From Raillietiella orientalis (taxonomy: Eukaryota), in the NCBI GenBank assembly GCA_036172245.1, contig JAYWIR010000023.1, positions 620,001 through 684,000 of the forward strand: a stretch of DNA of 64,000 nucleotides. The letters run 5' to 3'. Below the pieces are notes generated by a model. The model saw only the letters and a program-made list of their open reading frames with translations, searched no databases and had not been told where the DNA came from. Shown piece after piece: positions 36,255 to 48,300 of this stretch (positions within the stretch are counted from its first letter, which is position 1; each line of letters starts with the position of its first letter). The position numbers and the translations under genes are program-made.

Positions 36255-38337
36255 CACATTTTCTCAATTTCACAATTCATTCATTCATCTTAGTGATTTA
36301 CAAGCCATGTTCGTTTTTAGGAAACTAGGGGATATGCTTTACTTTTTAAGTTTCACAGAAGAATAGTTACCTACAAAGAATCGCTCCATGAGAGAATGTG
36401 AAAAAAAACTTTATTGTGATGGAATGCAGACGACTTTCGCAAACTTCTCACGCAAAAAAGCGCGACACTAATAAAAAAGGCCATAATTATTCTTGTCTGA
36501 TGAAGCATTCTTGATATATGTTTAACAAAACACCGTAGTATCGTGTTTGGCATCTCCACTAAACAATTTTCCGATTCCAGCAGAATGTCTCACAAGGCAG
36601 AGAAACGAAGTTGCAGTCTTGACACTTTACGGAGAAAAATTGCAGAAGACTGCAGAAGGCTACTCTACATGAATTCAAAATTGTTGGCAGTTTTAGTCTC
36701 AAAGCAGAACCGATTTCGAAGTAATAGTGGCTTTTCTGTAGCATTATACCAAAACATGCAAATTCATCTACATTTCCTTGGCTGCAACGAAAGACAAAGA
36801 CCTTTTTCGAGTTGTCATCCTAAGATTTCACAAAATCGTTGCTAGCGCAATCACATCTTACTAGTGTAGTCAATTCTTATTCTCATATGGTCTGTTATCC
36901 CAATAATCTGTTATTCAGATATTCCAATTAAATAAGTTGAAGACGAATTCATCCTGCAAGAAATTTACAAAACGAATCCACAATGAGATTCACACTTCAT
37001 GTACGAGCCTTCAACGAGAACAAAGTCTATAAATTAATAATAATAATAATAAAAATTTGAAGTTGTTGAATAGCTTCAATGCATCCTTTGAGAACAATCG
37101 TTCGAAATAGTAAAGAAATAAACACTGGAGTAATTGTAAACTAACACCCTGAAACCAATAAATATCTGCATTCACTAACATTAGCAAATCAAAGCTGCTG
37201 ATTGTTTTCAAGAACTTAAGAAAAAAGTGCTGTGCTCATTAAAATCACGTGCTCATTATTTCATTTCATTTTATTTCAATATTCTCTAGAGTGATTTGAA
37301 AGCATAAGTGATCAAAGCTATTGAAAACCCTGCTTTCAAGAGTAGTTTCTATTTGTTTTTATAAAATTTTTTATATATGAATTCTGTCTCACCTTTTTTC
37401 GCGAAAAAATCATTGCGAGCGTATACCCTCATTTACATAAGATTACATATAAGTTCAATAGCATGTATGAATGTGACATACCTAGAATCGAGTTTGGGAT
37501 CCAAAGGAATCCGCAATTCGATTCCGGGAGCAGTTTTAAGTGAAAAATTCATTCATTGCTTTAGGGTAGGTTTTTTATTTGGGAATTTTTTCATACTTTC
37601 CAAAGTAAGGAAAATGAAAATTCTTTCTAAAACGATGCTGGTTTTTAAGGAGCTATAGTTCTCACGCAGATCTAAAAGTAAGATTTCGAGATACTCTATT
37701 TCAAAATTTACTTTTATCAAATAATTCAAGAAAATTATATGAAACATCTTTCAATATCCAACATTACAAGTTTTCTCCATTACAGTATTAAAACACTAAC
37801 AATTTTGTTGATGAATTCAAATTCCTGACGTTTCTTATGAAACTCACTTTACTCATGGGACTGAAAGAGTAGTAAGATTGCCATTTTGCCTTTGCTATCG
37901 GAAGCAATGTTTCGAGTTGCTGTAATATGTATTCTAGTTAAAAGAAAAATGCTACTCCCTTCTGAACTGCTGAATGATTCATTTTTTCTCCTTTTCATTG
38001 CTTAAAAAATTAAAAGTATAGAAGACCTTTTTTTTTTGAAGAGAATTCTCGAAGCAACTACTCCCAGAGTTCTCCTTTTAACGTTAAAGTTAAATGTTAA
38101 TGGACAATGTCCTGTTGCTGATGAAGTGTTTTTTTACTAAGTACTTCTAATATTATTGCTTCTGCCATGTTTTATTTATTTTTATCTTTTATTTTTGTAG
38201 TTGATATAATTAAGTGAATGGCTTTTTAAGGTTGCTCTAAAGGAAACACATGAGTAGATATACCATTATCTTTTAAGGATAATTCTAATTTTTCATTTTC
38301 AGATATATGATAATTCTTCTCTTTGTAGGAAAGCTGT

Positions 38338-38339
<2 letters not shown>

Positions 38340-38377
<38 letters not shown>
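38340..38377. repeat. (TA)n microsatellite
   Basis: Uninterrupted TA dinucleotide run. Confidence 0.95.
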
Positions 38378-38380
<3 letters not shown>

Positions 38381-39007
38381 ATTCTATTTTTTTAGTGTTG
38401 ACCAATTTAGAATTCCGAGACATTCATGAGACTTTATGAAAATTAATACTGATACTTCTTTGTGTTGTCCTATATTTATGAAGTGCTTTTATATCATACA
38501 CTTTTTGTGTTACATGACTTTTATCTTTTTCGACAGCAACTTATATATCGTTTTCTACATATATTCCTTCAACTTCATGTCCATGGACTGCAGCACCCAT
38601 GTGTTTACTGAATGCTTTTCGAAACCAGGCGCCGAATAAACCGAATTCCGTGTATTTTAAAGATAAGTGTCAGCCGTATGTCATAGAGAAATGAGAGTAT
38701 CTCCATTATTAATGGTGGGCACCATTAGTTATTAAGCCAAAAAGTTGAGGCAGGTTGGTTCATCAAACAGTAATGTGTATGCATTTTAATTTGTGTTTTA
38801 TCCGGACCGTTTTATGAATGACATATTTGAAACCTTTGCTCAGACTTGTGAGTTTTAATTTAGAATATCTGATCAAAAGATCATATGAAAACTGGCGGCA
38901 ATTTTATGTTTCTTTGAGCATGACTTCCGCATAGTTCAGTATTGCATTGTGTGAAGTGCCAGCTGATTGCTTAATTTTAAGTTTAGTATACAGGTTGCAA
39001 AGCATGG

Positions 39008-39071
39008 CTTTAAGCGTTTTGTTTGTGTTTATGGCTTAGAGGTTGTATGAACACAAACAAAACGCTTAAAG
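39008..39071. repeat. Near-perfect inverted repeat (25-bp arms, 14-nt spacer) ~80 nt upstream of the MED27 ATG
   Basis: ctttaagcgttttgtttgtgtttat 39008-39032 vs atgaacacaaacaaaacgcttaaag 39047-39071 (24 WC pairs + 1 G-U). Confidence 0.9.
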
Positions 39072-39153
39072 ACTGTAACGATATTTGTGTTAATTTTGAG
39101 TTTTTTTTTCAAGATATGCCAGTAAATCAGATATTTTTTTTTAGCTATTTGGG

Positions 39154-40345
39154 ATGTCGGATGTATCAGCCGTAAATAATACTGAATTATTATTATCTGC
39201 TATAAGGGCACTGAAAACATTGAGGATAAATGTGCAGTCAGTTTTTAGCAATTTAGCTAATAGTGTTAACAGTAACGATGCTCTTGATGATGAGTGCAAC
39301 ATGCTTTCAAACTTACAGAAAGCTTTAGCCACTGTAACACAGAATGTCAGGTATTATAAAGTTTAAAAATTAATTCTGCAAATTGTATTTGTGTTCGAAA
39401 AGGGATTTTGAACAGATCTGTAACAACATACAGCCTATACCAAATCACCTGCTTCTTGGACCTTCTGGCTTTTTAAGTCAGGATGCATCTTTAGAAAGAA
39501 GTAACATTTATCCAGATTTAGTGAATGGTTACAAATGGATAGATAAGGTGAGACTATTTTGAAAACACAAATGTTCAATAGAACTTTCATTTTTTTTCAT
39601 TGATTGAATTTACAGGTACATGAATATTCCATCCTGGGACATACTATTCTAAGTCAGAATTCACTCAAACGCTCCAACACAAGTTTTGTTCTTGGTATGG
39701 GTGCTAAACGCCGCCGCAGTACTCCAGCCAGTCATAATGTAGCAGCACAGTAAGTTAGTTAGGAGTGAAATTCAGTAACATCTACAGGTTTCAGGACAGT
39801 TGATACAGTAATAAGTACTGTTTGCAGGCCTTTTTCTGATATGAGCATGCATATTTATCGTCCTTATGGCAGTAATGCTGTTGTTTTGGTAAGATTAGAC
39901 AAAACATTGATTGTATTGGAGATACTGCCAGCTATGTTTAGGTCGTATTCTTAAAGCAGTTGTTGTATTTAAAGGATTAATGATTGAATGGGTGCAAGTG
40001 AAAGGCTATGATGAGGACTTTATTGCTGATAACAACAAAGTGGATATATGGACTAAATCACGCTACCAAGTGTTTCAGAGAGTAACTCAAAATGCTAATG
40101 CTGCCATGCTGCATTTTTATTCACCTCTCTTTCCAGATCTCTGTGTAAAATCATTTGTGGTAAGCACTGTGAGTGGCATAAATAGTTGTTTTTTTTCTCT
40201 GCAGACTTGGTTCCATAGTTTTGTTACTTTGTTCACAGCTGTTTGCAAAAAGTGTAATCAACACTTGTTCTTAAGTATGCCACCTACTTGGAGAGAATTC
40301 CGTACACTGGATGCATATCATGAAGATTGTAGACCATCATGGTGA
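39154..40345 (+). CDS. MED27: Mediator of RNA polymerase II transcription subunit 27, ~312 aa
   Basis: AIRALKTLRINVQSVF, LSQNSLKRS, LGRILKAVVVFKGLMIEWVQVKGYDE, DIWTKSRYQVFQRVT, C-terminal CKKC...PPTWREFRTLDAYHEDCR. Exons 39154-39350, 39403-39547, 39616-39749, 39795-39888, 39932-40159, 40205-40345 (939 nt, in frame). Confidence 0.95.
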
Positions 40346-43300
40346 ATTCCATTAGAAGGTGCACATTCAGATGATTTCTGGAGTTTGGCAGAATTTGTTA
40401 CAATTTCTGGTGGAATACTTTTCTTACAAATGTCACTTGACTCAAGCTTATTCTTGGGATGACGTAGTCGGTTATTTTTGCGACACCACCATGCTGAACA
40501 GTTGGCATATACTTGGCGTTTTCCCAAAGCTTTGACGCTATGACGCTTTTTATACTTTTTTCTCTTTTGCATTAATGTTTAAAATTTTACAAATGTTACT
40601 GGTACTCACAGTTGGTTCTTCAGCATCATGTTCTTCTACTCCAGTGGCATATTCCTCTACTGCTGTGCTATTGTGTGTCTGCCTCACTGATGCAACAGAA
40701 CTGAAGAAACTAGTGAATTTATGTCTTTATTGTTTATACTAACCTTTCTATATTGCTCATTATAATTGGCCAAAAAAATAGAGAGAACATGCGTTTCAGC
40801 AACAGCTGATCTGCTTCTTGAACCATAGGCTTTGCATGAACAGATGAACTACTTGCTTCTGATGTGCTGTGCGTCTTGTTTTTTCGAGAATAAGTTTTAA
40901 TTACTTTAGGTGATGGCAGTACATCATCAATTTGTATCCCTAATGATGGCAATGCAACATCACCAATTTGCATTCCTGATGATGGCAAAGTTGTATCACT
41001 AGCAACAGCAACATTTTTTGTCTTTTTCTGAGTTTCTATAGCTGCTACAAGAGACTTCCTATGCAGAAGTATGCAACGAAAACCAATTAGAGTGGACCAA
41101 CTGGGTGGTAAGACATAAACAGTTTCAACAAAGGAAGAGCCCTTTTTAAATTTGTGATGAGGCGATTCCATCGGCATGCTAGATTTCGAGGTTTCTTCTA
41201 GGATTTCCTGAATAAATCAAATTACTCGAAAACTTCGTTGGATGTGTATACTTCACTTTCAGCTCAGTAAAGAATTTTCTGTCTTCTATATTAAGATCCA
41301 TTTCAGAGACATCAAGAAGCCGTCTTAAGTCAATGTGTAGTAAAACACAAAGCAACTTGATATGAGGAAATAGAACTGAGCATGCTATACATCACTAAAC
41401 ATGTGCTTGGCAAATCAAAAAATACAGGCCTCACCAGCAAAACGTCCCCTTTGTCGTTTCCAACAAGTGCGAAAGAAGTTCAACAAAGCTTTATCAGCTG
41501 GGCTATGACTCCGACGCTGCCTCTGAATGCATTTGCAGAGTGATTTGCACAAGGCATCTGTTTGCTGAGTGCTGCTAGGCTCCTAAAAAAAAAAAAAAAA
41601 TCAATTTTTGTGTTCAACAAATTTGTGATTACCATTATGCCTATCTGAGCATTAGCACTTGTTTGTGCCATTTGATTTATCAATTCCCGCACTTTACTTT
41701 TTGAAGCTTTTCCAAAAACAAAATGATGTACAGGCAATTTAGTTTTGGGACGATATGATGCCAATGGTTCATCAGGATGTTGAATCTAAAATGTTAATTG
41801 TTACAAGGAATCACATTTATGATTACAACTTACTTTATTTGGATTATTGTTCATGTTTCTACAGATGTTCAAAAACCGAAGACGACATTCAGTAGCAGGT
41901 CGCCCTATAAGACTGTTAGCGATTTCTCCCCATGCATGTCCCAAATTCTTCACCGAATTTAGTAAAATGTCGTCTTCTTCACTAATAATACGTTAGGCAA
42001 ATTAAAAGCAAAGCAGCTCTTTGACTTACCGTGTCCATGGTAGACTTTTAATATTTTGACTGAGAGCACGTGTATATCGATTCCTTATTTGAGGTGCAGT
42101 CCTTTTAGGTACAAATTGTCTTATTCTAGCATAGTCTTCTCCAAATTTCTTTATCCCAGCGAGAATCAATAAATCCTCTTTTAATGTAAACCTTCCTTTG
42201 TGAATATTTGGATCTAATGAATACATCCACCTGTTGTATATTTGAGTACGTGATCTTCCTTCCAAGTAATATTGTATCTGCATAAATAGATCATGTGCAT
42301 GTACAATGTTAAATTGATTACTTTTTTCCATGGTATGTACTCTCCAATCCTGAAATGAGCAATAACATTACACAGCAGATCATCCTCTTCTTTGGACCAT
42401 TTTTTTTTGCATAAGCTTGTATTCAGTTTTGTTTGATACCGAATCAAACACTGCTGAGCTGTCCTGTTGCTTCCCAGCTCAATCGCTATTTCATCCCAAT
42501 CATAGAAGTCATGCTTATTCGCTAGTTTCTAGGTCAAAATAACAAATTTTCCCAAGAATTCCAACTTACTATCAGCTGCTTGTTTTCATGTTCGGACCAT
42601 TTATCTTTATTGATAGAAGGATGAAGAAAATTCTTCCAGAAAAGCTCACACTGTTCAGGTGTCCGATATCCTTGAAACTAAATGCAAAACCGTAATCAAT
42701 AAAAGCATTTTTGTATTAAAGAGGAGCTAAAATTTTTCTTGGTATTTAAGTAATTGTGTAACAATAAAATTTTACTGAAAGTTTACTAAATGACTTAACT
42801 CTGAACCACTGCCCAATACACTCTGGAACTTTTAGAACAGAGAAAAACTTACATCTATTGTCGAAATTTTTAACCAGTCAAAATTTTTATTTCTGGGCTC
42901 GAGCAATTCCTTTGTTTTTCCTGCAATTTCTTGTATGTTCTTTTCGGCTTCTTGAATTTTGCAAAAATATGTTTTTTTAATTTGTAATGCTTCTTTTGCA
43001 TCAGAGTCCTGATATTCTTCAATTTTTTGATAATAAATTTCTTTTCTTATTTCCCAGAGCTCCTGTTCTCTTTCACGTGCATTTTTCAGCACAGCTTCAA
43101 ATAACATTTTTTCTTCTTCTTCATTCCCTAAATTATACATATACAAATAAATTTGTAACTAGAATGCCCATTGTTAAGGTATTCAAATTACAGTCGCACA
43201 TCACAGAGTATATCTGCAAACAATGAAAAAAGAATTCCTTGTGATGTGTACTCAACATGTTTAAATGCATGCAAAGAAATTCAGTAAGGCTACATTTGTT

Positions 43301-45368
43301 GCCATGCAAAAGCACTCTGCAAAATCTCGAAGATAATTAATGTTTTGCAGATAAATGGGCGAATATGGTCAAAATACGAAATGACAAACAGATAATCGGA
43401 TTATGCTGTCATTTTGTTATTTGCACTTTTAGATCTGAAGTCGGTTTAAATTTATCAGAAAGGGGCATAATAAACTGAGAACTCAAGATAAAAGCAGACT
43501 GACTTATTTGGACAACACAAAAACCACTAATATAACATGTGAAATAATATACATCTGTAATGACACCACCAATGTGTTCAATAGTGTCCAACCTCATTTA
43601 TCTAGTCATGCTGTTATAACAAAAGTCTTAATTAATGTAGTAAACTAATTTTCCACTTGGTTACATTTCACAGAACTTGCTGTAGTCAGTTAAGTCAATT
43701 ATTGATATGTATATAATGGAGTAATGAAATGAAATAAGACCAACATAATTCGGATAATATCGAAATCCGCTATTAGAAACAGAAAATTAATCATAGATGT
43801 TTCTCTGTAAAATCTGTAATGAAAAGCACATAGTTATCAAGATGCTGAATAATACTCAATATGAAAGGAGAGGCAAAATTTAAATATCAAACAACATTAT
43901 TTACAAATTCCTAATGAAAAACATACTATATCATACATGGTTTAGGTTTTTTAACGAAGACATTTGCTTCTTTACGCTTCATCTTCATGAGAGTATGTTC
44001 ATTCGGAAGAGGACAATCGCCATCTTTATCACAAAAATAAGGATAAAAAAAATCAGCATGGCCTCTTTTATGTTGAAGACTATAAGTAGATTTTTCATTT
44101 AATTTTTCAGATGAATTTTGGTCTTGCAAAACCTTAATTCTTTCCTCCACATTTTCCTAAATAGCAAATAAATACCATGTTAGATTTGGGTTCAAGTATC
44201 AAACAAGTGTTTGCAAGTAATATTTGATTTTCATGCTTTATTGAACTCATTTAGTCACAACATTTCTAAATGAATGCAATGCTTTGAGGAACTCCAAACA
44301 AAACACAAGTTCTCAAGATTTAGCACCCTAACACAAGCCATGAAAATTTCTGAAAATTTCGCATTTTCTCTGAAATCATTCCCTTGAAATCATTTAATTT
44401 CTTCCTAGATAATAACAAAGGTTTAACATATAATACAGTTCATCTTTGCAAATGGTGACAATCAAAATCTGCACCATCTGTGGCTTGCAAGCAGTTTTGT
44501 GACATGATACAAAAATCCATTGGTACATACTTTTCATGCATGATCCATAAAACTATGGTTGTTCGTATTAGAATTATTTTTAAAATGCCCACATGAAAAA
44601 CACTGATGCTATATTAACATTTGCTAATATGATTCTGAAATTAACCTATGGATAAAAAACTTTACATGACTGAACCAAGTATATCAAATACAAAGGGAAT
44701 CACGAAGTATCCGGACAAAACGAAACATTTTGTTAGCTTTTTTGCAGTTTACAAGAATACATATGTAATACCAATTCTCAAGACAATGAGATAGCTCGTT
44801 TTCAATGTGGAATTTACCTTGTTAATGTATTAGGAGGCAAACGTATCACAATAGTAAATACCAGTGATGCTATTTAGAATCACTTTACTGTACTTATACC
44901 ATGCAAAAATGTGACAGAATTGAAAGCTTCATGGATGAAAACAAATAGGCTAAAATTGAACTAATGATTGTCATATTCTTTTTGGTACTATCTTAATTAA
45001 GTATAGATACTGAATTATATTATCTATACCTGCTCCGCACGATTCTCTTCTAGATAATCTTGAAGATTTCCAATTATTTCTTCGATTACTTCTTGATAGG
45101 CTTTATTAAAAACTAAACAGTTTTCCCAGGATAGTGGTATATCTTCTTCGAAATCTTTAAAATCATTGTGATTGGCCACAAATATTGACTTCAGTGGTTT
45201 CTTACCTAGTTGAGAGTTTGCTGCGGAAAAATCGAATTCATCTTCAGCAATATAGGCATTCTCTTTGGAAGAGTTTTCCGGCAGATCGGAGATACTTTCA
45301 TGATTCAGGGCCTTTTTAATTATTGCAACTTCACTTAAGTATTTTTGCAATTCGAGATCACTAACCAT
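40318..45368 (-). CDS. SNAPC4: snRNA-activating protein complex subunit 4 (SNAP190), Myb-repeat protein
   Basis: NKAYQEVIEEII...ENRAEQ, FFYPYFCDKDGDCPLPNEHT, FDWLKIS, and tandem Myb repeats (KWSKEEDDLL, EGRSRTQIYNRWMYSLDPNIHKGRFTLKEDLLIL, VPKRTAPQIRNRY) match recalled SNAPC4 architecture. Multi-exon. The divergent 3' exons (41177 to 40318) are joined only by splice-site and frame logic, so the 3' end is less certain. Confidence 0.85.
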
Positions 45369-48300
45369 ATCGATTGGGAACTACGACACCATCATTTGAA
45401 CTGCACCTTTGGAGCGAATATATTTGAAATGAAGAAACAGGGCGTTGAATGGAATTAGAAATTATATTGTTTGAATATCTTTAATATTGCAATTACAATA
45501 TTTGAAGCTTTATTTATTACGATTATTTATTATAAGTGTTTCTTAAATACTATTTCTTCGAGAAAACGTAAATTTGCATTCTATCTTCATTTGAGAAGAG
45601 CGATTTCAAAAATTAATCCCTAAAAACTCATCTGGATGCATTTGATGAACCTAACACGCACGATTTCGTTTGGAATTAACAAAGGATAATTTTTATTACG
45701 AGAAACATATTTTTCAATGATTACTTGTAAATTTATACAGAAAAATTGAAATAAATTACCATACATGTTCTGTGCTGTCCATACGGCATCATAAATTATG
45801 AATGTGTTATGTTAAGAATTCTTTTTCCTTGCAGGAGGATTTCGAAGGCAAACAAACACCTTGATCTGGACTCACAATACACATTTATTTTCTCCTAACT
45901 AGACACAAACAAAAATACATGACTATTGAGAATCTGTTTTAAAAATTTAAAATTTCTTTTGTTTTGCAGCACATACTGATAATGGGATGATGGATCTTTA
46001 GACAAAACTGTATTCTTGCTACTATTATCGAAAATCTACTTCATTACTTTCGTTACTATAGATTTCCAATTCTTTTACATTGCTATGCTATCTTCAACTG
46101 AATAAGCATAAGGAGCTTTTAGACTTACTGATTGATGCTTATAAATTAAATGCTTTTGCACTGTTTAATTGTCGATATGGATTTGGATATAAGAGTACTC
46201 AATTCTCAATTATCTTATTTCTTTTTATATAAGACAATTTTATAAACCGAAGGAGGCAGCTTATTAAGAATTTGAGTACTCTGTTGCAGAAAGGAATATT
46301 CCGAATTTTCGACAATTTATTCTGAATTCTGAATCAACTGAGTCCTAAAAGAAACAGCCATATCAGAATTATCAGGCTTTTACACTATAAACCTAGCAAG
46401 CCTAATGAAGAAACTTTAAATCTGATTATCAAATATTGCTTTATTTTGATGTAATTGCAGTTTAATGCAGAAATGTCTAATTCGGCTGAGATTAATAACA
46501 AAATGCTATTTGCTGAAATTGTTGAAACATCATTCATCATTATTTTCAAAATAAGTATATCAGCAAAATCTACACTTCTGTTCGAGAAACCAAATGAAAA
46601 TAAGAAACTTCTAATCCAGTTTTTATTTGTTTTGTTGATATTCATAGCATTGTTTCAAACCATTTTTCTTCTTGACATATCATTAGAATGTTTGGAGAAT
46701 ACTCTTTATTTTAAATCGATAATTTTTTAAGGTGTTCTTTTGTTTGCTCTGATATGAAACTTCTATTGGATTTCTCCTTAAATTCGGAAATCTGATTGCT
46801 TCATCAGTAAATGACCCATGTGCACTCACTGATGTAAGTATTCTATCTTGAGTGTCATTCTATAAATACTGTTTTTTCAAGTATAGGTACTTTGTTGAGA
46901 TCCATCTTTGGATGGCAGTTTTGTTCTGTTCTTCTGTTTTTGCCAGCATGTACTAAGTGACCGAGAGCTCCGAAATGAATAATGATTTCACTCCCTGACG
47001 CGCTTATCTGAAATTCGCGGTTCATCAGCAAGAAGCGAATTTTAGCCACTCTTCGAAACTCCGATTTCGCATCTGGACCTTCTGACGTATTCGATTAAAA
47101 TGGAGTTACACGACAGATTGATAGTCATGTGTTATCCTTACCCTCCAGATGTCTCAACATTCAATTTTTTTTACCACCAATTCCCAACATTCAATATCGA
47201 AAAATATGCCAAGGTGGTTTCTTTGCTGTAAATGGAGAAGTTGGGTCTGAGACACGACTTCCGAAAGCATCATCGGCAGAGCTCCCCAGACGTGGACGGT
47301 TTTAAGGAAGATGCTTCTAGGAAGAATTGATTTCTAAGAGAACCGTTGCAAAATACAGCAACATTAACTTCGCAAGTAAAAGGAAAACCGTCCATTGATC
47401 GCCCAGAATGCTACACAAAAAAGTAGAGCATTTATAAAAGATCATCCACTTTTTGAATCTGAAAAGAAAATAAGAATATTTCCTTTCATTTCTCACAAGA
47501 GCATAAAGTAACTGTCTATTTGATAGAAAGTTCTAATTTTGAAAGAGGGCTAGTCAGCTTCAACACAACCTAAGTTGATGCCATGATGACAAAATATGTC
47601 TGTATTCATATCCCATCATATATTTGAGTGGCTGAAAGACTAGAATAATATGGCAACGACTGAGAAGATTCATAGTGTGTTAAAAAACATTCTTTCCTAT
47701 GTTTGGAAGCGTAGGAAAGAATGAATGTATTATGTTAAGCAGTCCCATGTTATGGACCATCCTGGGTCATTCATGAAGTAGAAGCTGTTCCAACGACTAT
47801 TGCATGGAATCTAGAGGTCTAGATTCTTATGTCATTTTCATCCCTGTTAAGAAAAGTTTAAAATCAGAAAGAATGTGCCCTGCTAATCCAACGAGAGTCA
47901 GGGAGCAACCCTTGGCTAGTCTAGATCAACAAGTAGAGGAAAGAAAAAATATGAGCTTTTTGAAGAATTTCGCATGAAGAGCACAAATAATTCTGAAATG
48001 CATGTTTTTTCATCGTTCCTTATTCATGCTTTTTTTTTTTTTATCTCCTAAAATATATTTGTCCTAAAAATTAACTTTAGCTTCATTTAATTTTCATTCG
48101 AATGTTTCCATATTTGAAAAGCTGCTGTTGGAGGAGTTCATATGATTGACATCGGATACGCAGCTGCTCCTCGAAGCACTGGATGCAACCAGCCCTATTG
48201 AAGTTCTAAATATTTAGTGAGAGTCTGAGAGATCAATTTAAAGGAAGCTGCTTTTGTTTTCGCCAATGTCTTATTAAACAAACAAACGACCAAACATGAA

